Positions 1-9,446 of a stretch of DNA of 64,000 nt are shown here, piece by piece. This stretch comes from an uncultured Chloroflexia bacterium (lineage in GTDB: Bacteria; Chloroflexota; Limnocylindria; Limnocylindrales; CSP1-4): assembly GCA_963833225.1 (NCBI GenBank), contig CAWHXD010000006.1, positions 256,001 through 320,000 of the forward strand, given 5' to 3'. How positions within the stretch are numbered: the stretch's first letter is position 1; each line of letters opens with the position of its first letter. A program made the position numbers and the translations under genes. A model generated the notes under the pieces. It saw nothing but the letters and a program-made list of their open reading frames with translations, was not told the origin of the DNA and searched no databases.

Positions 1-1500
1 GATCGACGAGATCGGGACGGAGCTGGAGGCCCATGCCGCCCGGACGATCGCCGAGCGGGGCGTCCAGCTGATCGGCACCGCGCATGGCAACAATCTCGAC
101 AACCTCATGCTCAACCCGACGCTCTCCGATCTCATCGGTGGCATCCAGAGCGTGACCCTGGGCGACGAGGAGGCCCGACGCCGTCGCTCGCAGAAGAGCG
201 TCCTGGAGCGGAAGGCCCCCCCGACCTTCGACGTGATCGTGGAGATCCAGGACCGGGAGCGGGTGCTGGTCCACAGCGATGTCGCCCAGACAGTGGACGC
301 CATGCTGCTCGGCGAACCCGTGGCGCCCGAGCTGCGCTGGCGCGACGAGGAAGGGGTGCATCGCTCCCAGTCGCGCCCCAAGCCGTCCGCTCGCGCGGTG
401 GGCGTGGCTGGGGGCGGCGACCGCTTCAGCGGGCTCACGGGAGCGGGTTCCGGCGCCTGGGGACGCGAGCCCGGCTGGCGTGGCGCATCGACGAACCGGA
501 CGGGTGGCTATGCGGGCGAGGACCGCCTGCCGCCGCGAACCCCGTTTCGTCCTGGGCAATCGGGTGGCTGGCGGGCTCCGGGCGCGGGGCGACTTCCGAG
601 CGCGGCTCCGAGCGGAGTGCGCGCAGCCCGGAGGGCGACCGACCGGCGCCACTGAGCGTGCTGCCCGGCGAGCGGTTCGCCGTTCAGCCCGGGGGCGCGT
701 TCGTCGCGGGTGACATCGCCGATCGCGGCCCGGTCGAGCGAGCGGAGGCTGTTGCGGCCGCCGCGGCCGAGGTCAGGGCCCGCGACGCCCGCGAGCTCGC
801 CCGCCAGCAGGCGTGGCGAGCCGAGGCGGCCCGGGCGCTCAACGCGCTGCACGAGGACGAGGGCACCCGCCCTGTCAATGCCGAGGCGCTCGCTGCGGCG
901 GAGGAGGAGCGGATCGCCCGCATGGTCCCGGGCGAGACGGGCTCAGGCGAGCTCACCACCGACCAGGGTCCCGACGACGACGGGGCGCCGTTTGGCGAAG
1001 GGTCGCTCACGGTGGACGGCGGGACCCTGCCGACGCTGCGGATCTTTCCCCACGGGATCAGCCGCAAGCGCCTGGAGCAGGCAATCCGCGACGTCGGGCT
1101 GCCGGTGATCGTCGCCCGCGAGCCGGACGAGGCCGACGTGGCGATGACGCTGCGCTCCGAGTATCGCCAGAAGCCGCCCGCGATCCGCGAGGCGGAGGAC
1201 CGGGGTCTTCCCGTATACGTGCTCAAGGCCAACACGATCGCGCAGATGCAGGCGTCGCTGGCGTCGGTGTTCGCGCTCGAGGTTGACCCGCGCGAGGCCG
1301 CTCTCCACGAGACGGAGCAGGCGATCGGCCTGGTGATCAAGCAGCAGGAGCCCGTGGAGCTGGCGCCCCAGAACGCCTACATCCGGCGGCTCCAGCACCA
1401 GATGGCGGAGCGCGCGAACCTGGTCTCGCGGTCGCGGGGACGCGAGCCGTACCGCCGGGTGCGCCTGTACCCGGACGCGGCGCGGCCAGCCTGGCGGTAG
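1..1500 (+). CDS. Ycf45/SpoIIIAA-like AAA ATPase with C-terminal R3H domain (5' partial; split by an apparent frameshift at about 570-655)
   Basis: Frame 2 from the window edge reads [29 protein letters not shown]...[25 protein letters not shown]...ERKAPPTFD (Walker B and Ycf45-type motifs). Frame 1 ORF 658-1500 ends in R3H motif [32 protein letters not shown]. Confidence 0.75.
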   Translation, partial: DRRDRDGAGGPCRPDDRRAGRPADRHRAWQQSRQPHAQPDALRSHRWHPERDPGRRGGPTPSLAEERPGAEGPPDLRRDRGDPGPGAGAGPQRCRPDSGRHAARRTRGARAALARRGRGASLPVAPQAVRSRGGRGWGRRPLQRAHGSGFRRLGTRARLAWRIDEPDGWLCGRGPPAAANPVSSWAIGWLAGSGRGATSERGSERSARSPEGDRPAPLSVLPGERFAVQPGGAFVAGDIADRGPVERAEAVAAAAAEVRARDARELARQQAWRAEAARALNALHEDEGTRPVNAEALAAAEEERIARMVPGETGSGELTTDQGPDDDGAPFGEGSLTVDGGTLPTLRIFPHGISRKRLEQAIRDVGLPVIVAREPDEADVAMTLRSEYRQKPPAIREAEDRGLPVYVLKANTIAQMQASLASVFALEVDPREAALHETEQAIGLVIKQQEPVELAPQNAYIRRLQHQMAERANLVSRSRGREPYRRVRLYPDAARPAWR

Positions 1501-1570
1501 CGGGCTCGGGCGCGGACCTGACCTCGGCGCCCGGCTCGGGCTCCGCCGGACCTCGGTATCGCGCTCCGCT

Positions 1571-1720
1571 CGGGCGCCGGACGCCCCAACAGTTGCGGCG
1601 CGCGCCGTAACGGGCGCCGGGCGCCCTGTTCGTTGCGCTGCCAGGGGTTGACGCGTGACGGGCCGGGCGCTGGACGCCCGCTCCGTCCGATGACGCGCCC
1701 GTAGAGGCGCCTGACGCCCG
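1571..1720. repeat. 150-bp dispersed palindromic intergenic element, copy A
   Basis: Four GGGCGCCGGACGCCC-like units at 1572, 1612, 1665 and 1705. Aligns without gaps to 16679-16828 (102/150 identical by hand count). Confidence 0.7.
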
Positions 1721-1786
1721 GCGCCGCAACGCCCGGCCCTGACGCGGCACGTGCCAAGTCTCGGGGAGCCGCCCTACACTCGAGGC

Positions 1787-2365
1787 ATGTCCGCCCTCGA
1801 CGACGCGCCGTTCGTCCACGCCGATGATCGCGAGACCTGGCGCGCGTGGCTCGAAGCGCACCATGCCACGGTTCGAAGAGCGTGGCTGGTGATGTGGAGG
1901 CCGAGGTCGGGTCGGCAGGGTCTCGACTATGAGGCCGCGATCGAGGAGGCCCTGTGCTTCGGCTGGGTGGACAGCACGGCGGGCGCATACGACGAGGAGC
2001 GCGGCAAGCTCTACTTTGCGCAGCGCAAGCCGCACAGCGGTTGGGCCGCGTCCAACAAGGCACGGGTGGACCGGCTGATCGCGGGCGGGCGGATGGCGCC
2101 GGCTGGGCTGGCGGCCATCGAGCGCGCCAAGGCGAACGGCTGGTGGGAGATCCTGGACTCGTCCGAGCGGCTCGAGGTACCGGCGGATCTTGCCGCGGCG
2201 CTGGCGGCGACCCCACCTGCGGAGGCCAACTTCGGGGCCTTCGCGCCCTCTGCGCGGAAGCAGTTGCTCGGGTGGGTGGCCATTGCGCGGCGACCGGAGA
2301 CGCGGGCGAGCCGGATCACCAGGATCGCCGAGGCGGCCGCCCGCAACGCGCGCGCGCTCGGCTGA
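1787..2365 (+). CDS. YdeI/OmpD-associated family protein
   Basis: WRAWLEAHH, EEALCFGWVDS, R..SGW...NKARV..LI..GRM..AGL and ARRPETRASRI motifs. TACACT lies 6 nt before ATG 1787. Confidence 0.85.
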   Translation: MSALDDAPFVHADDRETWRAWLEAHHATVRRAWLVMWRPRSGRQGLDYEAAIEEALCFGWVDSTAGAYDEERGKLYFAQRKPHSGWAASNKARVDRLIAGGRMAPAGLAAIERAKANGWWEILDSSERLEVPADLAAALAATPPAEANFGAFAPSARKQLLGWVAIARRPETRASRITRIAEAAARNARALG

Positions 2366-2433
2366 GCGGGTGCTCCGTGCTCACGCGTTCGCCCTAGAGT
2401 GATCGGGACCTGCCCGCGCACGAGGAGATCCCA

Positions 2434-2795
2434 GTGGCCCTGCAGGTGATCGAGATCGTCATCGACTGCTCCTCCCACGACCTCGTGGTGGACTTCTGGC
2501 TCGCGGCGCTGGACGGCTACCAGCGCACCGACGTCAACGAGCAGTACGTGGCGATCAACCCGGACCAGCCGGCCATCGGGCGCCCATCGATCCTGTTCCA
2601 GAAGGTGCCGGAGCCCAAGGCGGTCAAGAATCGCGTGCACCTGGACCTGCGCGGGGAGTCGATGCGCGACGATGTACAGCGACTCGCGGACCTCGGTGCG
2701 ACGGTGATCGCGGAGCGCTCGCTGGGCGAGCCATCCGGTGGACCGTCCTGGCGGATCCGGAGGGCAACGAGTTCTGCGTGTCCGGAGCGCGCTGA
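2434..2795 (+). CDS. VOC/glyoxalase-like protein (frameshift near 2730)
   Basis: IVIDC...FW...FQKVPEPKAVKNRVHLDL, then continues in another frame as IRWTVLADPEGNEFCV to TGA 2793-2795. Confidence 0.8.
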
Positions 2796-2892
2796 GCTCC
2801 GGATCGCCGCATCCGCGCCAACCGCGGACTCGGCCCTGCGGACCCGGCCCGGCGGTCGTGAGCTCGCCCGCGGTGCCCGGGCCTGCCCGCGA

Positions 2893-3555
2893 TCAGAGCG
2901 CCCGGACGATCGTCTCCAGGCGGGCCGTGAACGCTCGCGCGTCCTCGTCCGGAAGCGCGCGGATCGGTGCGCCGATGCGGACCTCGACGGGATGGCGACG
3001 TGGCCGCCGCCCGCCCTTGGGCAGGACCTGGCGGATGCCGACGATCCGGATGGGCAGGACCTGGCGACCGGTGTGGCGCGCGAGGAGCCCGATTCCCGGC
3101 TGGAACGGGTTGATGTCACCCGTCATCGTGCGGGTGCCCTCGGGGAACATCACCACGTGCCAGCCCGCAGCGAGCAGGCCCTCTGCCGCCGCGATCGAGT
3201 CGGCGCCGCGGCCCGTCCGGTTGAAGGCGAACGCCCCGAGCCACGCGGCCACGAACCAGCGCGTCCGTTTGGTGGTGAAGTAGTCGGCTGCTGCTGCGGC
3301 GGTCATCCGGCGGCGGTGGCCGGGACCCAGCGCCAGCCGGATCGCGGAGAAGTCGAAATGGCTCGCGTGCGTCGGCGCGATGAGCGACGGACCCTCGAGC
3401 GCAGCCAGGTGCTCGTGGCCGACCACCCGAGGACCCACGAGGAACCAGCCGATGATCGGCCCGAAGAGCCGGGCCGTGACCTCCCGCAGCACGATCGCAG
3501 GTATCGAGAACTGCCGGCCGGTGGGCGGCGTGACCCGGCGGGCACGCTTGATCAT
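2893..3555 (-). CDS. Lysophospholipid (1-acyl-sn-glycerol-3-phosphate) acyltransferase family
   Basis: HASHFD (HxxxxD) and FPEGTRT motifs. ATG 3555 overlaps the upstream stop (ATGA). Confidence 0.85.
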   Translation of the reverse strand: MIKRARRVTPPTGRQFSIPAIVLREVTARLFGPIIGWFLVGPRVVGHEHLAALEGPSLIAPTHASHFDFSAIRLALGPGHRRRMTAAAAADYFTTKRTRWFVAAWLGAFAFNRTGRGADSIAAAEGLLAAGWHVVMFPEGTRTMTGDINPFQPGIGLLARHTGRQVLPIRIVGIRQVLPKGGRRPRRHPVEVRIGAPIRALPDEDARAFTARLETIVRAL

Positions 3556-4997
3556 CGCCGCTGGCTGGACCCGCCGCGCCGGAGCACCTCGCGGGCGGCC
3601 AGCCGGCCGCTCATGCCGTGCACCCCACCGCCAGGCGGCGTGGATGAAGAGCACAGGAACAGCGACGGGTTGGGAGTCGTGTACGGGTTCCAGCGCGGAA
3701 CCGGCCGGAACAGCAGCTGGCGCCAGTCGCCGATGCCGCCGTTGATGTCACCACCCACGTAGTTGGCGTCATAGGCCTCCATCCCGATCGCATCCTTCGT
3801 GGCGCGAGCCAGGACCAGATCGCCGAACCCTGGGGCGAACCGCTCGAGCTGGGCTTCGATCGCGGCCGTCATGTCGACCGTCGAGCCGTTCGGAACGTGG
3901 CAGTACGCCCAGGCGACATGCTTGCCCTGGGGCGCGCGCGACGGGTCCGCGATCGTGGGCTGGACGAGGAGGACGAACGGCCGATCGGTGATCCGCCCCC
4001 GTCCGACGGCGTCCTCGGATGCCGCGATCTCTCGGTACGTGCCTCCCAGGTGGACGGTGCCAGCGCGGGCAGTCCCGGGGTCTCGCCAGGGGATCGGCCC
4101 GTCGAGCGCCCAATCGATCTTGAACACGCCGGGGCCATAGCGGAAGCCCTCCAGCTGGCGCCGATATCCCGATGGCAGCCGGCCCGCGGCGATGTCAAGC
4201 ACCTGCCTCGGGGTCAGGTCAAGGAGCACGGCGCGCGACGGCGGCAGATCGCCCAGCGCCGTCACGCGGTGGCCGGTGACCACCTCCACGCCCAGCGACC
4301 GGGCCTCGGCCTCGAGCGCTGCCGCGATCGCCCCGCTCCCGCCGCGGGCCACGGGCCAGCCGACGGCATGCGCGAGCATGCCGAGCACGAGCCCGAACGA
4401 GGCGCTGAGCGGCTGGCCAAGCCGGAGCATCGAGTGTGCCGCCAACCCCGCGAACAGCGCACGAGCGGCGGGCTCACGGAAGGCAAGCCGCACGAGCGCC
4501 GTCGCGGGCAGCACGGCCGGCAGTCCAAACCGGGCCATGAGCAACGGGTGCCGCGGCGGCCGCACCACCGGGCCGAGGATCGCCGGGACCAGCCGTTCCC
4601 ACTCGCGCACCAGGGGGCCGAACAGCCGACGCCACGGATCCGCATCCCGGCCCAGGGCCCCCGCGAGGTCGGTGAGGTCACGCTCAAGCACGATGCTCCG
4701 GTCGGGAGCCAGGGCGTGGGCGACCGGAGCGTCCGGCTGCACCCATTCCAGGCCGTGCCGGGCAAGGTCAACCGACGCGAGGAACGGGGACGCGATTCCC
4801 AGCGGGTGAACGGAGGCGCACGGGTCATGGATGAACCCCGGGAGGGTCAGCTCGGCGGACCGGGAGCCACCGCCCACGCGGTCGGCAGCCTCGTAGATCC
4901 TGACCGTCCGACCGGCGCGAGCGAGTTCGATCGCGGCGGCCAGCCCGTTCGGTCCGGCACCGACGACGAGGGCGTCAAGGGCGCTGGCTCAATTCAT
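3552..4997 (-). CDS. Phytoene desaturase-like NAD(P)/FAD-dependent oxidoreductase (start region defective: ATG-AAT-TGA)
   Basis: Frame is open upstream of the ORF-track start: LDALVVGAGPNGLAAAIELARAG...YEAADRVGGG. C-terminal LCSSSTPPGGGVHGMSG. Confidence 0.8.
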
Positions 4998-5031
4998 GGC
5001 CCGAGGCTAGCGCGTGGACGGATCCGCCGCC

Positions 5032-5790
5032 TCAACTTCCCGTTGCACGGCCACCCGCTGCCCGCCGCCGGATCCAGCGCACCGGCGCCGTGATGGTGCC
5101 TAGCGCGGTGGACACGAGGATGCTGCCTCGGACGTTGCGCACGTAGCGCCACTGGCGCCGCTTGTCGACGCAGACCTTGATGGCGGTGACGCTGGGCTCG
5201 GCGACCCCAACCGATCGAGCGAGATTCTCCAGCGTCCGCTCCCAGAACTTGTCGTTCTGGCGGTTCGCGCCGAACACGTAGCTCAGCTCGACAAACGGGT
5301 CGCTGGCCCGTTCGAGCGCCTGGACTTGGGCAACCGTGGTGTCTCCATCCGTGTGCGAGGAGAACGTGATCCAGGCCGAGAACATGTGGCCCTCGGGCGT
5401 CATGAACGTGAACGACTCGGAATCCGCGTAGATGACCATCACGCCCGTCGACATGGTGAGCGGGGCGCCGGGCACCGCCTGGACCTCGAGCAGCGCAACC
5501 TCTCCGGGGCTGATGCCCGACAGGGGGGCGTAGAACGTGGCGCCCTTGGGCCAGAAGGTCGGGAAGTTGGCCTTCCAGTGGGCGACGAGCTCCTGGGGCG
5601 TCAGTTCGCAGCCCTCCAGGCGGACGGAGAAGGTCTTCTGCCACATCTGGCCGAAGCCCTGGACGGGCCCGGTGACGCGCTTGCCGGTGACCCGGTCGGT
5701 ACCGGCACCGCGGGCGGTGGTGCTGAGCTTGTCGACGGGACGGGCCCACGACTCCTGGTCGCGGGGCGCGCGGGGATCGGGGGTGGTCAT
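5032..5790 (-). CDS. Conserved hypothetical protein, possibly DUF1990/START-like fold; last gene of the partner-switching operon
   Basis: Clean coding composition and SD AAGGAG. Segment SFTFMTPEGHMFSAWITFS resembles the DUF1990 T-x-x-G-H motif (weak, by eye). Confidence 0.65.
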   Translation of the reverse strand: MTTPDPRAPRDQESWARPVDKLSTTARGAGTDRVTGKRVTGPVQGFGQMWQKTFSVRLEGCELTPQELVAHWKANFPTFWPKGATFYAPLSGISPGEVALLEVQAVPGAPLTMSTGVMVIYADSESFTFMTPEGHMFSAWITFSSHTDGDTTVAQVQALERASDPFVELSYVFGANRQNDKFWERTLENLARSVGVAEPSVTAIKVCVDKRRQWRYVRNVRGSILVSTALGTITAPVRWIRRRAAGGRATGS

Positions 5791-5847
5791 GGGGGTATCT
5801 CCTTGCTCGGGGCGAAGCGGCGCGCGGGTCTCGCCCGCCGCGACGGG

Positions 5848-6186
5848 TCAGCGGGCGGCAGCCAGCGCGGCGGTCTCGTCGTCGTGGATCGCGATCGCCT
5901 CGTCGAGGCGGGTCAGCTCGAGGATCTGCTTGTAGTGGTCAGACAGTCCGACGGCGAGCAGCTTCTGACCGGCGCGCTGGGCCCGGACGAGGAGCGTCAC
6001 CAGGAGGCCGATCCCGCCCGAGTTCATGTACTCGAGCTGGCCGAAGTCGAGGACGATCGAACGGGCGTCGCCGGCCTCTGCGTAGGCCGCCATGATCGGC
6101 GGCTCGCTGCCGCCCGTGATCTCGCCGTGGATTCGGAGGATCGCGGTCGACCCATCGCGGGTCACGTCGACGGTTGTGTCGGTCAT
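5848..6186 (-). CDS. STAS-domain anti-anti-sigma factor (RsbV/SpoIIAA-like) 2
   Basis: IVLDFGQLEYMNSGGIGLLV...ILELTRLD; phosphorylatable Ser present. Confidence 0.9.
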   Translation of the reverse strand: MTDTTVDVTRDGSTAILRIHGEITGGSEPPIMAAYAEAGDARSIVLDFGQLEYMNSGGIGLLVTLLVRAQRAGQKLLAVGLSDHYKQILELTRLDEAIAIHDDETAALAAAR

Positions 6187-6545
6187 CGTGCTGCCTCCTC
6201 TGGGACGCTGGATGCCGACGCGCCGTCGGCGATCGTGAGGTAGTCGGACAGGCGCGTGATCCGGAAGATCTCGCGGTAGTGGTCGGACAGACCGAGCGCG
6301 ATCACGTCACGGTGGTCGCGGCGGGCCTCCGCCAGGAGCCGGACGATGAGCGCGATGCCCGTCGAGTTGATGTAGTCCACGTCGCCGAAGTCGAGGATGA
6401 CGCGTGTCGCGCCGGTGCCGGCGGCCTGGGCGTATGCCGCGGCGAGGGCCTCGTCCGCGGCGATGTCCACGTCTCCCCGCATCTCCAGACGGGCCTCGCC
6501 GGGGGTCGTGGCAACAACCTCGACCGTCAACCGCTCCTTGCTCAT
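6183..6545 (-). CDS. STAS-domain anti-anti-sigma factor 1
   Basis: GDVDI...VILDFGDVDYINSTGIALIV...IFRITRL. SD AAAGGAGG before ATG 6545; ATGA overlap with the next gene. Confidence 0.9.
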   Translation of the reverse strand: MSKERLTVEVVATTPGEARLEMRGDVDIAADEALAAAYAQAAGTGATRVILDFGDVDYINSTGIALIVRLLAEARRDHRDVIALGLSDHYREIFRITRLSDYLTIADGASASSVPEEAAR

Positions 6546-6561
6546 GACGACCTCCTTTGGG

Positions 6562-8220
6562 TCAGCGCCCATCACGGGCGACGGTGAGCGTCACGGTCTG
6601 CATGCCGTCCGCGGCGTGCACGTCCATGCCGTCCACCATGTGGCGGATCAGGAACAAGCCCCAGCCGCGCGGCTTCTGACGGCCCTCAAGCTTCGCGTCG
6701 AGGTCGGGCATCTCGGCGTCGGGGACTGGTCCGGACAGCGCCCGGTCGGTCACGCGGACGCGGATCGTCTCGTGGTCCGCGTCCACGCGGACGTCAACGG
6801 GCACCTCTGGATTGCCCTGGGACCCGTACTCGATGGCATTCATCACGGTCTCGGCGACCGCGGTCTTGAGGCGCTCGAGGCGCGCCGGCCCGAGGTGGAG
6901 CGGCTCGACGGCCGCGGCCACCCGCTGCATGGCGGCGCGCTCGTTGCCGATGGCGCCTTCGATGGTGAAGGCGAGCAGCGGCTTGGCGTGGTCGACCCCC
7001 TCCGACGCGGCAGCGACCGGCTCCTGGTCACGGGTCACCGGGACCTCGGGACGGTTCTCAGCCCAGGCGTCAGAGGTGCCGATCGAGCGGCGCAGGGTCA
7101 CCAGCGTGATGTCGTCCTCCTGCTCCATGCCGGGTCCCGTGAAGGCGTGGAGCTCCTCGAGCAGGCGGTCGAGCAGCGCGCTTCCGGCGTCGTCAGTCGC
7201 CATTGCCTCGCGCAGGCGCGGGAAGCCGTACATCTCGCGGCCCGGTCCGTGCTGTTCCACGAGGCCGTCCGAGTAGAGCAGCATCGCCTCGCCCTGGCCG
7301 ACGAAGCCCTCCGTCTCCTCGTACGCGATGCCCGGCATGAGGCCGAGCGGGAGGCCGGTCGCCCGCAGCTCGATCACCCCGTCTGTCGTGCGCACGTACG
7401 GGAGGTTGTGACCGGCATTCGCGAACACGAAGCGGCCGGTCGCCGGTTCCAGGACGCCGTACAGGCAGGTCACGAACATGCGGGCGGGCATCTCCGGGGC
7501 AAGCAGTTCGTTCGCGCGGGCGAGGACCTTGCCGGGCTCGACGAGCCGTGGCGCCTCGGCCCGGAGGATCGAGTGTGTGCGGGCCATGACGAGGGCCGCC
7601 GGGACGCCCTTGTCGGTGACGTCGCCGACGACGACACCGATGCGGCCCTCGCCAAGGTCGATGAAGTCGTAGAAGTCGCCACCGACCACGCGTGCTGGTC
7701 CGTAGTAGGCGGCGATCTGCCACTCGGGCAGGTTTGGCAGCTCGTGCGGGAGGAACTGCTGCTGGATCAGCTGCGCGACCTTGAGCTCCTGCTCGAAGCG
7801 TTCGCGCTCGGCGGCCTCGGCGGCCTGCTCGCGAACCAGCTGGGCGACGCGGATGGCGGGCGCGGCCTGCGCGGCGAGCGTTGCCAGGAGCCGGCGGTCG
7901 TCCGAGGAGTAATCCTGCTCGGACAGGCGGGGACCGAGATTGAGCGTGCCGATCAGCTCGCCCTGGGTGACGAGCGGCACCACGAGCGCCACGCCGGCCT
8001 CGCGCAGCTCCGTCAGGGCCGTCGATGCCAGCTCGAGACGGGACAGGTCGACCGGCCCGGGCGCCGACTGGAGGTACGCGAACAGCGGATCCGTCTCCGG
8101 GATCTCGATCGCCACACCTGGCTGCTCGGCGGGCGCGGCGGGCATCGTGAGGGCGATGTCGGTCGCGTCCGGGGCGGGCCGGCGGCGGAAGCGGCGGAAG
8201 GGGCGGGTCAGAGCGGTCAT
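6562..8220 (-). CDS. SpoIIE/RsbU-type PP2C phosphatase with N-terminal partial GAF domain and C-terminal RsbW-like HATPase (Ser kinase) domain
   Basis: VGGDFYDF, GDVTDKGVPAALVMA, NAGHNLP, LYSDGLVE and EDDITLV (PP2C). AETVMNAIEYG...GWGLFLIRHMVD (HATPase_c_2). N-terminal LVVPLVTQGELIGTLNLG...DRRLLATLA (GAF C-half). Confidence 0.9.
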   Translation of the reverse strand: MTALTRPFRRFRRRPAPDATDIALTMPAAPAEQPGVAIEIPETDPLFAYLQSAPGPVDLSRLELASTALTELREAGVALVVPLVTQGELIGTLNLGPRLSEQDYSSDDRRLLATLAAQAAPAIRVAQLVREQAAEAAERERFEQELKVAQLIQQQFLPHELPNLPEWQIAAYYGPARVVGGDFYDFIDLGEGRIGVVVGDVTDKGVPAALVMARTHSILRAEAPRLVEPGKVLARANELLAPEMPARMFVTCLYGVLEPATGRFVFANAGHNLPYVRTTDGVIELRATGLPLGLMPGIAYEETEGFVGQGEAMLLYSDGLVEQHGPGREMYGFPRLREAMATDDAGSALLDRLLEELHAFTGPGMEQEDDITLVTLRRSIGTSDAWAENRPEVPVTRDQEPVAAASEGVDHAKPLLAFTIEGAIGNERAAMQRVAAAVEPLHLGPARLERLKTAVAETVMNAIEYGSQGNPEVPVDVRVDADHETIRVRVTDRALSGPVPDAEMPDLDAKLEGRQKPRGWGLFLIRHMVDGMDVHAADGMQTVTLTVARDGR

Positions 8221-8289
8221 CGGCGCCATCCTCGTGGTTGAGCGTTCGCGCATCGTTACGAAGTTGGTCCTGGTTGGCTGATCGTTGCG
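8221..8289 (-). promoter_or_regulatory. Putative SARP-type activated leaderless promoter of the phosphatase/STAS operon
   Basis: Minus strand reads CGCAACG-N22-CGTAACG-N6-GAACG-N9-GAGGAT-N7-ATGACCG. Same layout at 13698-13767. Confidence 0.6.
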
Positions 8290-9446
8290 TTACGCAGCCA
8301 GACCGACACTCCGGCAGGGCGGACGGCCTCGTCGGCCGAGGCGGCCAGCGTGCCGCGCAGGGTCACGAGGTCCAGCTCGTCGCGGAGGCGCTCGGCGAAA
8401 TCGTCGATCGTCTGCTGCGCGTCGACGCGGCTCCGGTCGAAGCGCCGGTCGACGGCCGCCTGGACGCGCCGCCGGAGGGGCTGGAACAGGGCGAACGCGG
8501 CGAGCGTTGAGGCCGCCACCGCCAGGGTTCCCCCCTGTGTGACACCCGACAGCAGCGCCTGCAGCGCGACCACCAGGCCACCGAACACGACGGCCAGGAG
8601 CGCGGTGACCGCGACGTACGAGACGGACCGGCTGACGATCCGGTCGATGTCGTACAGGTGGTAGCGACGGATCGCGACCCCGATGGCAGCTGGGATCATG
8701 GGGTACGCGATCACGGCCGGGAGCCACATCCAGGTGCCGTTGGCATCAACAAGGAAGATCATGGTGAACGCGAAGACCACGGCCGACAGGGTCGCCGCGA
8801 GCGCGGCGAGCAGCCACTTGTACTGGGCCCGCGCGGTGCCCCGGGCCCGGCGGAATCGGACGACGAGGGCTCCGATCGCGACCGCGAGGGCCGCGAGAAC
8901 GCCGATGTAGACGAGGTTGTCCAGCATCGGCCAGCCGGGCCAGTCGGGCATGACCGCGAGCGGCAGGAGAACCCGCGCCGTCGACCCGTCGGTGAAGGTG
9001 ACCTGCCAACTCGGCGCGAACGCCAGAACGGCGCTGAAGCCGAGCGGGATGGCCACCGCGATCCGCCCCGCCACGCCGACCCGCCCCGCCGAGAACCGCC
9101 CGGTCGGGAACAGCGTCGCGAGCGCGACGAACAGGCCGAAAAAGAGGCTCGCGCTCCACGCGCTCAACCAGGCGTAGAAGGTGACTCCCGCGTCAGCGTG
9201 GCCGTCGACAACCTGGGACGCGGAGCCCGGGAGCGTGTTCCCGAGCGCGGAGAAGGCGAAGGCGATGCCCAGCAGGAGCCAGCCGACCACCTCTCGTGGC
9301 CGCCGCCAGAGCAGGACCAGGCCCACGGCGGCGAACGAGCCGACGATCAGCCAGCCAGACCAGTCCTGATGGGCCCAGGCCGAGGGCGCGAGGACGAGCA
9401 CTGCGAGGATGCAATACGGGATGACCCGCCATCGTTCGAGCTTCAT
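8256..9446 (-). CDS. Multi-pass membrane sensor-like protein, cassette 4 (ends in GAF N-half; no output domain)
   Basis: Many hydrophobic helices. Shared C-terminal block RYHLYDIDRIVSR...LAVAASTL..FALFQPLRRRVQAAVDRRFDR...ERLRDELDL...VRPAGVSVWLR. Confidence 0.85.
   Translation of the reverse strand: MKLERWRVIPYCILAVLVLAPSAWAHQDWSGWLIVGSFAAVGLVLLWRRPREVVGWLLLGIAFAFSALGNTLPGSASQVVDGHADAGVTFYAWLSAWSASLFFGLFVALATLFPTGRFSAGRVGVAGRIAVAIPLGFSAVLAFAPSWQVTFTDGSTARVLLPLAVMPDWPGWPMLDNLVYIGVLAALAVAIGALVVRFRRARGTARAQYKWLLAALAATLSAVVFAFTMIFLVDANGTWMWLPAVIAYPMIPAAIGVAIRRYHLYDIDRIVSRSVSYVAVTALLAVVFGGLVVALQALLSGVTQGGTLAVAASTLAAFALFQPLRRRVQAAVDRRFDRSRVDAQQTIDDFAERLRDELDLVTLRGTLAASADEAVRPAGVSVWLRNATISQPGPTS

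Noticed and set aside
570-660. Programmed frameshift separating the ATPase from the R3H domain
   Set aside because: No slippery heptamer is visible and many similar indels occur across the window, so sequencing error is more likely.
1571-1720. Possible mini-CRISPR (repeat units with spacers)
   Set aside because: Units are only ~15 nt, degenerate and arranged symmetrically, spacers are conserved between the two loci, and there are no cas genes.
4989-4997. Two-codon leader peptide ATG-AAT-TGA ahead of the oxidoreductase (readthrough or selenocysteine idea)
   Set aside because: No SECIS-like hairpin or functional rationale at residue 3; more simply a base error.
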